Shown: positions 1 through 12,030 of the stretch, in pieces
How the letters are laid out: every line of letters starts with the position of its first letter
Numbering within the stretch: position 1 is the stretch's first letter
Assembly (NCBI GenBank): GCA_963514005.1
Contig: OY740789.1
Coordinates: forward strand, 25,172,001 to 25,236,000
Source of the DNA: Raja brachyura
Taxonomy: Eukaryota
DNA length: 64,000 nt
Direction: 5' to 3'
The notes under the pieces: model-generated
What the model saw: only the letters and a program-made list of their open reading frames with translations
Told to the model about the DNA's origin: nothing
The model's database searches: none
Program-made: the position numbers and the translations under genes

Positions 1-3000
1 CAGGGACATTTTCATGAAGGCAATCAAAGTGGACATACTGGAAGGCTCATCTGGTGAGGCAATATGGGTCGACCTTAAATATAAGAAATGTGCCAGCACT
101 CTAATGGGGTTTTACTCAAGGCCTCCCTATATCAAGAGGGAGGTAGAGGAACAGAGATGTAGACAATATTTTGAAATCATCCACTAAGACAGTCCTGTGC
201 TGTGGCATCTTTCATTTATAGATGCCAAAGCACAGGGCTGTCTTAGTGGATGATTTTAACATTCAAGATTCAACATTCAAGAAATTCAAGAGTTTATTGT
301 CATGAGTCCCAGACAGGACAATGAAATTCTTGCTTTGCTTCAGCACAACAGAATATTTCAGGCATAAATAATACAGAACAGATCAGTGTGTCCATATACC
401 ATTGAATATATATATACATACACACATAAATAATCAGATAAAGTGCAGTAGGCTAATTAAAGTTCAGATTTTGTTTGAGTTGAGTTTAATAGTCTGATGG
501 CTTTGGGGAAGCGGCTATTCCTGAACCTGGATGTTGCAGATTTCAGGCTCCAGTACCTTCTACCTGAAGGCAGTGGGGAGATGAGTGTGTGGCCAGGATG
601 GTTTGGGTCCTTGATGATGCTGCCAGCCCTTTTGAGGCAGCGACTGTGGTAGATCCCCTTGATGGTAGGGAGGTCAGAGCCGATGATGGACTGGGCAGTG
701 TTTACAACTTTTTGCAGTCTTTTCTGCTCCTGGGTGCACACGTTGCCGAACCAAGCCACGATGCAACCAGTAAGCATGCTCTCTACTGTGCACCTGTAGA
801 AGTCCGAGATACCGACTCTCCGTAGTCTTCTCAGGAAGTAGAGGCGCTGATGTGCTTTCTTTATAATTGCCAGAGTGTGCTGGGACCAGGCGAGATCTTC
901 GGAAATATGCAAGCCCAGGAATCTGAAGCTCTTGACCCTTTCCACCATCGACCCGATGATATAAACGGGACTGTGGGTCCCCATCCTATCCCTCCCAAAG
1001 TCCACAATCAGTTCCTTGGTTTTGCTGGTGTTGAGTGCCATATTGACTGGGATTAGGTCAGTGCCAAAGGTTTAGATGGGGCAAACTTTGTGAGATGTAT
1101 CCAGGAGGGTTTCTTGAAACATTATGTGAATAGTCTAACCTGAGAAGGGAACATACTGGACCTTGTATTGAGAAATGAACCTGGTCAGATGACTGGTCTT
1201 CCAGTGGAAGAGCATTTTGGACACAGTGATTACAACTATAAGTTTTAAGATTGTTTTAAATAGGGAGAAGGCTCGACCTTGTGGGAAGGTGCAAAATTGG
1301 AATAAAGCAAACCACAATATTAATTAAGCAGGAGCACGGGAGAGTACACTGAGAGAAATTATTGTAGGGCAAGTCCACATCTGACATGTGGGAGTTGTTT
1401 AAAGGCCAGTTTCAGAACCAGCATGTCTCAGTAAAGGAGGAGGGATAATGATGGCAAAGTAAGGGAACCTTGGATGACCTAAGAGATCATAAATTCATAA
1501 ATGGAGTAAAAAAAAAGGAAGAGCATGCAAGGCTTAAGAGATTTAAATCAGACAGGTCCTTTGAGGAATGTAAAGAAAGGAGGAAAGAACTCAAGTGGGA
1601 AATTAGAAGGCCCAAAAGGTGCCACAAAATGCCTTTGGTGAGTCATATTAACGAAAACCCCAAAGCTTTTTATATCTCTATTAAAAATAAAGCGATAACT
1701 AGGGACTGCTTATGGATAAAGGAAGGAATTTGTGCTTGGAGTCTGGGGATCTAGGTGAGGTACTAACGAGTACTTTGCATCTGTTTTCACTAAGGAGAAG
1801 GCCTTGGAAGACAGTGAGTTCAGTGTGGAGAATACTAATAAGCAAGGGCAGTTTGAGATTAAGAAGGAAGTGTTGTGCCTCTTGAAGAGCAATGAAGTGG
1901 ATAAATCCCCTGGGTTTGATGGGATTTATCCCAGGTTATTGAGAGAGGCAAGGGAGGTAATTGCAGGAGACTTGACTAAAGATCTTTGCATCTTCTCTAG
2001 CTACAGGTGAGGTCTTGGAGGACTGGAGAGTAGCTAATGTTGTTTCTTTATTTAAGAAGGGAAGTAGAGAGATTCCAGGGAATTATAGGCTGGTGAGCCT
2101 CACATCAGTGGTAGGGAAACTATTGGAGAGGATTCTTCGGGATAGGATTTGCTCCCATTTGGAAGAGAATGGGTTAATTGGGGACAGTCAGCATGGCGTT
2201 GCACATGGCAGGTTGTGTCTCACTAATTTGATCCAATATTTTGAGGAGGTGACAAAGGTGGATTGCTATGGGTAGTGCAGTGAATTTTGCCTAGATGGAT
2301 TTTAGTAAAATATTTGATAAAGTCCCCCAGGGTAGACTGGTCCAGAAACTTAAGATGCATGAGATTAATAGTGTCTTGGTCGCATGGATTCCGAAATGGC
2401 TTTATGATAGAAGACAAAAAGTTGCTGAGGAAGGACAATATTGGCCGGAGGTTTGTGACCAGAGAAGTTCTGCAGGGGTCTGCGCTGGGACTCCTGCTGT
2501 TTGTGAGACATATAAGTAACTTGGACATTAACGTAGACGGGTTGGTTAGCAGGTTGGCAGATGACACAAAGGTTGCCGAGGTCACATACTATGAGGAAGG
2601 CTGTCATAGTATACGGCAGGATGTAGATCAGCCACAGAAATGGGCGAAGTGGGGCAGATGGCATTTAATCCAAGTGTGAGGTGTTACACTTTGGGAGGTC
2701 AAATGTAAAGTGTAAATATACAATTAATAACACGACCCAAAACAGCATTGATGTACAGAGGGATTTGGGGGTCCACGTCCACAACCGAAATAAATGGAAT
2801 GGTAAAGAAGACATATGGTATGCTTGCCTTCATGGGTAAGGGCATTGAGTACAAGGGTCAGGAAGTCATGATGCATCTTTATAGGACTTAGGTTAGGCTG
2901 CATTTACAGTCATGTGTGCAGTTCTGGTCACCCCATTAGTGGAAGGTTATGTAGGCTGTGAAAAGGTTGCGGGGAGACCTGACAGAAGTATATAAAATTA

Positions 3001-3194
3001 TTAGAGGCATAGATAGGGTAGTAAGTCAGAATATTTTTCCCAAGATGGAAAAATGAAATGTTGAAAGGCATAGCAAGGCAAGGTGAGAGGGACAAAGTTT
3101 AAAGAAGATGTGAAAGGCAGGTTTTTCACACAGAGGGTGGTGAGTGCCTGGAACACGCTGCCAGGGGTTGTGATTGAAGCAGATATGTTAGTGG
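1..3194 (+). mobile_element. Degenerate CR1-clade LINE ORF2 (endonuclease + RT), interrupted by Rex1; its 3' end resumes at ~4853-4980
   Basis: Frameshifted ORFs contain DKSPGFDGIYPRLLRE, WRVANVVSLFKKG..PGNYRLVSLTSVVGKLLE, DFSKIFDKVP, QGSALG, ADDTK and FFTQRVVSAWNTLP. Confidence 0.9.
261..1037 (-). mobile_element. 5'-truncated Rex1/Babar-type LINE
   Basis: ORF LNTSKTKELIVDF...FLGLHISEDLAW..KKAHQRLYFLRRL...HPGH..LPSGRRY...RFRNSRFPKAIRLLN, with a short tandem-repeat tail. Confidence 0.82.
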
Positions 3195-4852
3195 CAGGGT
3201 CGGATTTTGATGAAGAGTGGCCCGAGGCTATTCCACTTGTGAGGCCCCTTGCAATCCCCCACCCCCACGCCGAGAGGAAGATGGAAGAGTCCACCAGATT
3301 GACACCGATGTGTAGCCGAGCATGGCCAATGAGATAAGCGCTGGAAAGCTGCGCTTTTTATTTATTGCCAGTGCTAGTGTCGAGTTATCGGCTTAAAACA
3401 CTATTATTCTGAAATGGAAGGCAAGGAAAATTACTGGTGGTGTTTAGAGACTACAGTGCATTGTGACTGCATATGTAAGAAAGGCCTATGACAGTGTCAA
3501 AAATATTATACACCAAGCCCGTACGAAGCTGTTCAAAAAGGGGGGTGGCATGGCAGGATTACAAACATTTATGTGAAATAAGTGCATGCAGCATATATCA
3601 GAAGTGTGAAGCTCAAAGACCCTTGCGGTCGGGGTTTTATATGCTTTCTGTTGCATTCTGCGCATTGGCGCATTTTTGCACTAAATCTATGACCAATATT
3701 TCAGAAATAATTTTGATTGAGTCAAGCGTAATAAGTGGTTGGAATGGTATGATTGAGATCATTGATATATACACTTTTTTAAATCAAGAATTGAAGCTGT
3801 CCTTGTTTTAATAATCAAGTTGTTCTGTAAAATGTTATGTAAAATGTTATAAAGGAGCATGCAAACACTGCAAATAAAATACTGTAAGTTTTTGCAGTAA
3901 ATATAACCTTTTTTAGAAAATGTTTTGTGTGTTGATTTGATTGCCTGTTACTGTTCGACTGTGTTAGTGTGTGCACATTAAAAATATGATGCAAAATGAA
4001 AGTCGCAAACTATGGAATACATATTTTTTAGTATTGTTATCAGGAAAATAAAGCAGTGCCAATTGTTTGATATTATTCATATGGAGGAGAAAATATAATG
4101 CTTTAAAACCTACCTTAATTTTGCAATCTCACTAAAGATAATCCCCTTTCCCTCTCCCCCCTCCTCCTTACCCCTCCATCTCCACCTCTACCTCTCTCTC
4201 CCTCCCCATCTCTCTCTCCCCCCTCCCCCTCTCTCTCTCCCCCCCTTCCCCTCTCTCTCTACCCCTCCCCTCCCTCTCTCTCCCCCCCCGTCTCAACCCC
4301 CCTTTCCCCCTCTCACATCCCCCACTCTCTCTCCCTCCCTCGCCCTCTCTCTCTCTCCCACACAGCGAGGCTCCAACTCCGCGCCGCAGCCTCCCCCCCC
4401 CCCCCCCCCCCCCGGCCCGGAGAAACAGGCACTCCCGCAACGCAATATTCCACTACTTACCTGGAGTAGACACCTAGGATCTTTGGTAGATTGTGTGGGG
4501 TGCAAATGGAGATCTGAACCCGCCCAGGCCCACTGCGCACGCGCTGAGAGACAGCGTCATTTTGCGTCGCTACTGCATCACCGATTACCCCAACTGCGCA
4601 GGCGCAGATGGTCGCAATTTTTTTCCCCAAAACTTCCAGCGGGCCGGAACCAGAATTTCAGGTAATATCCGTCAAAGTGGAAATGCTGAGAGCGCTCCAA
4701 TTTTTTTTTTCTCTGGATTTATTTACTCTGGGAAAAAACACCTTGGCCGGAAGCCCCCCAGATTTTGAGAGGCCCCAGGCCCTGCCGAGGCCCCGCTAGA
4801 TCTCGAGTCCCTAAGCTTAAGCTTGTAAAGCTTATACGTAAATCCGGCCCTG
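3195..4852. mobile_element. Non-autonomous DNA transposon, hAT-like TIRs
   Basis: Termini CAGGGTCGGATTT ... AAATCCGGCCCTG split a CR1 3' end. No transposase recognised and no 8-bp TSD. Confidence 0.65.
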
Positions 4853-5169
4853 TGGATATGCAAGAAATCAAGAGATGTAGGTTGTGTGAATATGGATAAG
4901 TGATGATCTTGGCATCAAGTTCAGCACAGACATTGTGGGCCGAAGGTCCTGGTCTTGTGCTGTACTGTTCTATGTTCTAATGACAATTGATAAAATCTGA
5001 AAAAAATTAAACCTGCAAGCACAGGGAAAATATGAAAGGCTGACCTAGAAATTTGTGTTTGCACTGTTTCCGTGATTGAAAATGGATGTTTACTGGAGGA
5101 AAACACAATAATGATAGGTTTCTGATACTCCACAAATTCTCATATTTATCATATTTTCTTGCGACTTTT

Positions 5170-5478
5170 TAGTTTAATTTAATTTAGAGATACAGCGTGG
5201 AAACAGGCCCCCTCAGCCCACCGAGTCCGCACCAACCAGCGATCCCCGCACATTAACATTATCCTGCATACTCTAGGAACAATTTTTACATTTATACCAA
5301 GCCAATTAACCTACAAACCTGTACGTCTTTGAAGAGTGGGAGGAAACCAAAGATCTCGGAGGAAACCTAGGCGGTCATGGGAAGAATGGACAAACTCTGT
5401 ACAGACAGCACCCATAGTCGGGATCGAACCCGGGTCTCTGGCGCTGCAAGCGCTGTCAGGCAGCAACTCTACCGCTGC
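5170..5478 (-). mobile_element. tRNA-derived SINE (HE1/V-SINE-like)
   Basis: B box GGTTCGATCCC on -, central conserved core, CR1-like 3' end and (TAAAC/TAAAT)n tail. Related copies at ~16321-16588(-), 20971-21248(+), 26046-26380(-), 41050-41360(-), 43408-43600(+), 45940-46152(+) and 63122-63410(-). Confidence 0.8.
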
Positions 5479-6884
5479 ACTTAAGAAAGTACTCGGCTTA
5501 TGCTACCTCTCCTAATCTACCATCCATTTCCATCTTCTTCCCTCTCACATGCCCATCATTTCCACCTGATTCCCTTTCATCCATCTACACTTGCGGTAAT
5601 TGATACTAGCTAATTAACCTTCTAGCCAGCAGATCCTTGAGACATGGGAGAAATCCAAAACTACCATATGGCTATGGGAAGAGTGACCTTACAATTGCTG
5701 ACACTAAAATTCAAAGCGTTGCTAGCAGCCTGCAATAAGTAATCGAGGCTCTCCCTTCGAGGAAAGCCAGCCACTGTTGCAAAATCCCAAGCATCTTTGC
5801 AAATTTCTCAGTACAATATTTGTATGCTGTACGCAAATGTATTTAACCTAAACACCAGTCACGATGCTTAACTCGGTACTTCTTCAATGCTCTACACATT
5901 TTCCGATATTTGATCCAGATCCTCCACACAAATAAAACCATTTATGCACAGAGCCCCTTGACATGTACTGTGAAACGAACCTGGGTCTAACCCAAGGGTG
6001 ACAATGCTTGCACCCACCTCTTCTTTGCCCACGAAGGCTTCTGAACTTGGGCCTTGTTCCAATACTAAAGGAACTGATCCCACTTGTTCCACTGCTGGGC
6101 AAGTAGCATCAATCTTCCTTGATATAGGATGTTTTAACCTTTACATCTTTAGATTTATTCTCACTCATTCTTCACACCCCAAGGAAAATCCTTTCAGATT
6201 TCTCCTTACCAAACATCTCAACATTCAAAACCTCCTCTGTAATTATCTTCCCTGATTATTCATTTATCCTCCACCACATTCAACTCCCCAGGCATTCCCA
6301 CATTTGTCCCACCTCACATCTTCTCCCTAACCACCTCAACCATTCACTTCAACCCTCAATCGAGTCCTCCCCCACTTGTGGAAAAACATGCCGTCCACAA
6401 GCTCCATTCTCTGCAATGATACGTGATCAGGAAAGAAAATCTCTTCAGCGCAGTAATGCATATACTCCTGTCTGTGCATGTTGCTATAGGGCACACATGC
6501 AGTAGAACAAGTCCTGCAGTCTTCGACATCAGACTAGAGCCACCACCCAAACTGGAAGCATACCAAGCCTTCTCTTTTCAAAAGGCAAGATAATCTACAA
6601 ATCAGGCCTGACAAATAGAAGTAGCTAGCAGACTGTGATATGGAGCAGCTATTGCATGTGACTTCCTTAAAAGTTCCAATGACAAAATAATTGAGGTTCA
6701 TGGTTCAAGATTCTAGGTACCGCCTTCTATTTCAATAGGTAGCGGACAATGTACAGACTGAGGAAAGGTATCCTCCTCTTTCAGTGCCCTTTACACCTGA
6801 GCTGTCACTTGACCTGTACACCCAGAGTGCTGGGTTTGCCCTCCTTCAATCACCCTCCGCTTACCCTGCAGCCTTTCACTCAAT

Positions 6885-7102
6885 ATAGAACCAAAGAATT
6901 GCAGTTGCTGATTTATATCAAAGATAGACACAAAATTCTGGAGTAACTCAATGGGTCAGGCAGCATCTCTGGAAAAAAGGGATGGGTGGCGTTTCGAGTC
7001 TGCAGAAGGGTCCCGACCTGAAATGTCACCCAGTCACCCATCATTTCTCTCCATAGATACCGCCTGACCCACTGCGTAACTTCAACACTTTGCGTCTATC
7101 TT
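6885..7102. mobile_element. Penelope-derived palindromic terminal-repeat element (diverged)
   Basis: Inverted arms around a degenerate CTGCAGAAGGGTCCCGACCTGAAATGTC core. Same family as 15394-15617. Confidence 0.7.
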
Positions 7103-9659
7103 TCACTAGATATAATTGGCTGCTGCTACCCCTCGAACTATTCCTGCTTTCAGATGAAAGAACAATAAGTCGGCTCTATAACGCATAGAAAGCTTAACCT
7201 GCAGCAGAAAGTCAACTGTGAGCTGGAAACCTCCTTAAAACGCAAAGAGCAGACTGGATCTCTGATTCAGTGAACAGCTGAGTATCCCTTTTATGGGAGC
7301 TTCAAATTCTCTTACACACTGTGCAGGCTACAGTTTCACTGGGCAATTGAAACAGTAACCAGGCCTAGATGATGTAAGTGTGCACTACTTTTACATTTTG
7401 CTGAGGATCCCACTTGCAAGGGGGCTGGTGTCGGTCTCCAGCCAAAACAGCTGTCAACTGCTAAGGTGATGTTTATATGATGTAGTGTTGAGCACAACTA
7501 ATTATTGGTAATTAGCTTGATCGTGTCTCAAACACCATTTCTACTGGACAAAAATAATTGGGAACATTTATGCCATGTGATAAAAAGAGAAAATTGAATA
7601 AGATTTTAAATGTCACAAACACTTATCATCAAATGGGGTTTCTCGCGTAAGGTGGGTGCATGCATTATGTATAAAGGGCTGAACAAAATGTGACCCTGAC
7701 TGAAAGAGAAGCCATTGAATTAAAAACCTGAGAAGAGAGATCAGTTTTCTGCAGCTCACATGACAATGCTGCTAACTCTGGGTTCTAAATAAACACTGAG
7801 CTTATTGCGTCAAGGAAATTTAATCTTAAAATGTATACAATATCACTTTATGAAAAATAAATAAGTGATGTGTCTTTGGGACTGGGAGGTCTGGTGTGAA
7901 TCCTACCAGAACATCCATACCCAGGCTTCCCCTGAACAGTGAGCTGGTGATCTTGAAATGAGCACCAGTGTGGAGGGAGGTCCTGACACTGTTATGCATG
8001 TGGTATCTCCCAGCTGAACAGGCATGATAGCAGCTGCGGCACTGTGCCAGAGTAGTCAATCTTTTCAGCAGTAACTAAAAGTCAAAATCTAAAAATAAAG
8101 CTGGTTAACAGTAAAGTTACCCACTCTACCCACAATTTATTGTAAAGTGTCATAGAGTCATACAGCATGGAAATAGGCTCTTTGGCCCAACATGCCTATG
8201 TCAACCAAATTGCCACATCTACATTAGTCTCATTTGCTCCTGAATGGCTCATATCACTCTAAACCTTTCCTATCGATGCACCTGTTTAAGTGTCTTTCAA
8301 ATGCTGTTATAATACCTGCTTCAACTACCTCGTTGGTAGCTTGTTCCATATACCCTTCACCATCTGAGTGAAAATGTTCTTCTCAGATTCCTACTAACTC
8401 TTTCCCCCCTCACCTTAAACCTATGCCTTTTGGGTCTTGATTCCTCTACTCTGGATAAAATACCCTATCTATTCCCCTCATGATTTAATACATCTCTGTA
8501 AGATCACCCCTTTACCTCCTGCACTCCAAGGCACAGGTACTTTCTAGTAACAGGAAGTAGGTGGAATGCAAGTAGCAATGTGACAAATGATTGGGAAGAC
8601 AAGTGATCCCATCGGTTATGGACAGCTGCCTCTGGCTTTCATTCAGAAAGTCATTAAAGCCCTCAATGCTATGTAATCACAGAAAGATCAATGTTTCTTT
8701 ACATATCAAGTATTCATCCGCACTAGAACTACCTGCTCGGAGTCCTTTCTTTAGCTCCATTTCGGTGTCCTTTAATACTTTTCTTTCTTCTTTTCTTTCA
8801 GAAATATGCTTCATTCATAATAGACACAGTAAATACAACCATCTTTCTTGACATTCATTGCTCCATCGTTTCAGTACATTCTTCTTTTACAATACATCAA
8901 AGCACACGTTTCCTCCTTAAGCAGAGCACCTGTGACGTGTTGGAAAGGCTGTTACACAGGGCCCAGCCACTCAGTGTCTTGTGCGCATGTGGATCGTACA
9001 GAGAGCTCTTGTCATGGTTGCACAATCCTTCCATGCATCCCTCACCATGTACATCTTGGAAATCTGCCATTCAGCATAATTTGCCAATGGACATTTCCTT
9101 ACATTGGACGACTGCTTGGTTTCAGGCGGACCAAAGGGTGCTTTCCACTGAGTTGACGACCGACAGGCAGCACTTGACGTTTATCTCTGTTTCCATCCCT
9201 GGGAACAGCTATTGATCACAGAGTTCTCTGATACCCAGTTGCTCTGGGTAAATAAGTACTAACTCTTTTATTACTGTGAGCAAGTTACATTGAACACGAC
9301 TTCTGATAAGGCATCCTCTATTTCCAATAACCATTTTAGGTAAAGTGACAGGGAATGTAAGTGGCATTTTATTGGCTTTTTTAGGGGCAAACTGCCCAAA
9401 TATTTCTGAGTGCAAATGATGATAAGACAGTTCCTGAACTGTGATAAATACTCTGACACCGAGATGTGGAAGGGGAAAGTCTCCCACATAAGGTGACTAC
9501 CTGATCTCCTATGTATTATGATAACCCCTGCAGAACATAATTTTTTACTATAATTTCCACAGCCATATGTGTAGTTGTCACTGCCCCAAACTGATAAAGA
9601 ATAGTGGGGAACCTGTGGAAAATGCCACAAGATTTACCCAGTTATTGAAGCATGTTCAC

Positions 9660-10225
9660 AGAAGATGGAGATGTAGAGGTCGACATCAACTCATGAACTG
9701 GTAAAGTTGCATCAGTCTTCAGACAAATGCAGCCAATATTGTCTAGTGGCAGGATATCCAAGATGCTAAAAGTCAAGCTCTTCCAGTCCGTAGTCCTCCC
9801 TACAGCCCTCTATGCCAGTTGGAGATGGAAAATGAATGTGAAGATGAAAAATAAATTGGATGCATTGCAACAACGCTGCTTGAGGAAGATCCTGAAGACT
9901 AGCTAGAGAGACCACATCACAAACAAGGAGATCTACCGGGAAACTGCAACAAAGCCTCTCAGCCAGGACATAGAGGTACGCAGGATGAAATGTGCAGGGC
10001 ATGTACTTAGAATATCACCAGAATGTGCAGCTAAGATAACAATGACATGGCAACCTGACGGAAGAAGGAAAAGAGGCCGACCAAAACTCACATGGAGGCA
10101 AATATTCCAGAAGGATTTGGAAGCCCGGGACGCAAGTCTATCGAGGGTGGAAGACATCGCACATAACCGAACAGAATGGCAAAAGCTTGCTGCCCAATGC
10201 ACTCAACAGTGTGGGAGGAACTAAG
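9660..10225 (+). mobile_element. RTE-clade LINE 3' fragment
   Basis: ORF ...AGHVLRISPECAAKITMTWQPDGRRKRGRPKLTWRQ...DIAHNRTEWQKL, a typical RTE C-terminus. Confidence 0.82.
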
Positions 10226-10794
10226 TGCTACTGTGCACCTTGTGGTTTGTGAAACACCGTCAACAACAATAATTTGTTTAAAATAAATAAAAACATAATT
10301 TAAGCAAAGTCAAGTGAAACATGCTGGAAACTGAGTGTGTAATGAACTGACCACCTGCTTAATTCTGGTAATTAATGGGTCAAATCCAACACTCGATCTT
10401 CCACCTCCCTTATGGATGTTTGTTGTGTAACCAGAGAGCATTATACAAAGTTTACAGCTACTCTTCTGAGGTTCAGAATTAAGAAACGCAGTGTTACTGC
10501 AAAACAAGCCAAGTGTTACCTGATTTGGACTGCTGGCTATTGGTACAAAGGTTGATTAGCTTTCACTTGATTTTCTAGATCTCGGGTGTTGAAGAGGCCA
10601 CTGTTGGAATCATAGAATAATACAGTACGGAAACAGGCCTTTCAGCCCAACCTGTCCATGCCGATCAAAATGCCCCATCTAAGGTAGTTCCATCTGACTG
10701 TGTTTGACCTATATCCCTCCAAACCTTTCCTATCCATGTACCTGTCCAAATGTTTTTCAAATATTGTACTGTGTTCTCTGACTTTCCCAAAGAC

Positions 10795-12030
10795 CCGGTG
10801 GCGCCAGCAATGGCTGCCTTGCCAACAGTCTGTCTGCCCTTTCCTTCTTTGTGTTTAAATAGTATGTGTTAAATGTATGTTTTTAGTGTTCTTTAGCTTG
10901 TTTTATATTGGGGGTTGGGGGAAACTTTTTCTCATCTCTTACCTCGACGGAGATGCGATTTGTTTCCATGTTGTATCTCCGTCCGCACTGCAGCCTAACA
11001 TCGAGGAGTTAGCGACCTTTGCTGGAGACCGACTTTTGAGAGCTCCACCGCGGGTGCCTGCGGCCTCATAGAAACATAGAAATTAGGTGCAGGAGTAGGC
11101 CATTTGGCCCTTTGAGCCTGCACCGCCATTCAATATGATCATGGCTGATCATCCAACTCAGTATCCTGTACCTGCCTTCTCTCCATACCCCCTGATCCCT
11201 TTAGCCACAAGGGCCACATCTAACTCCCTCTTAAATATAGCCAATGAACTGGCCTCAACTACCTTCCGTGGCAGAGAATTCCAGAGACTCACCACTCTCT
11301 GTGTTTTCCTCATCTCGGTCCTAAAGGAATTCCGCCTTATCCTTAAACTTTGACCCCTTGTTCTGGACCTCCCCAACATCGGGAACAATCTTCCTGCGTC
11401 TAGCCTGTCCAACCTGTTAAGAATTTTGTAAGCTTCTATCAGATCCTCCCTCAGTCTTCTAAATTCTAGCGAGTACAAGCCGAGTCTATCCAGTCTTTCC
11501 TCATATGACATCCCAGGAATCAGTCTGGTAAACCTTCTCTATACCCCCTCTATGGCAAGAATGTCTTTCCTCAGATTTGGATATACTATCGCGGACTCTG
11601 CGATCCCTTTGCCTCAGAGCTTTACCGTGGGTACTTGCGGACTTAACATCACGGAGCCCGTGGTCTCTAGTCAGAGACCGACATTGGGAACTCCAAGCCG
11701 CGGGAGTTGCAATCACCCCAACGCAGGAGTTTTGATTGCCCCGACGCGGAGGTTTCGATCGCCCCAACACAGGAGCTTCGACTGCCGGCTGCGGGAGCTT
11801 TGATGGATGGTTCGACTGCTCTGACCATGGGAGAATAAAGAGGAAGAGGATTGGACTTTTTTGCCTTCCATCACAGTGAGGAATGTGGGGAATCCACTAT
11901 GGTGGATGTTTATGTTAACTTTTATGTAGTCGTGTGTCTTGTTGCTTTTTTCTGTATGGCTGTATGGCAATTCGCATATCACTGGACCTTAATTGGTACA
12001 TGTGATAATAAAAGACCTTTGAAACCTTTG
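10795..12030 (+). mobile_element. Non-coding retroposon-like repeat with 3' stem-loop, interrupted by CR1
   Basis: Shares internal and 3' sequence with 25345-25990(-) and 40495-40940(-). Ends AATAAA plus a short repeat tail. Confidence 0.6.
11068..11580 (-). mobile_element. Young CR1/HER1-like LINE 3' end
   Basis: MSYEERLDRLGLYSLEFRRLREDLIEAYKI...QRVVSLWNSLP...FKRELD and a (TTTCTATG)n tail. Near-identical copy at ~18925-19398(+). Confidence 0.88.

Noticed and set aside
5400-5478. tRNA gene
   Set aside because: It is the tRNA-derived head of a SINE, continuous with SINE body and tail.
10770-10860. Possible HDV-like ribozyme at the 5' end of the 10795 element (GGCTGCCTTGCC...AACAGTCT)
   Set aside because: Could not assign convincing P1, P2 and J4/2 from this copy.
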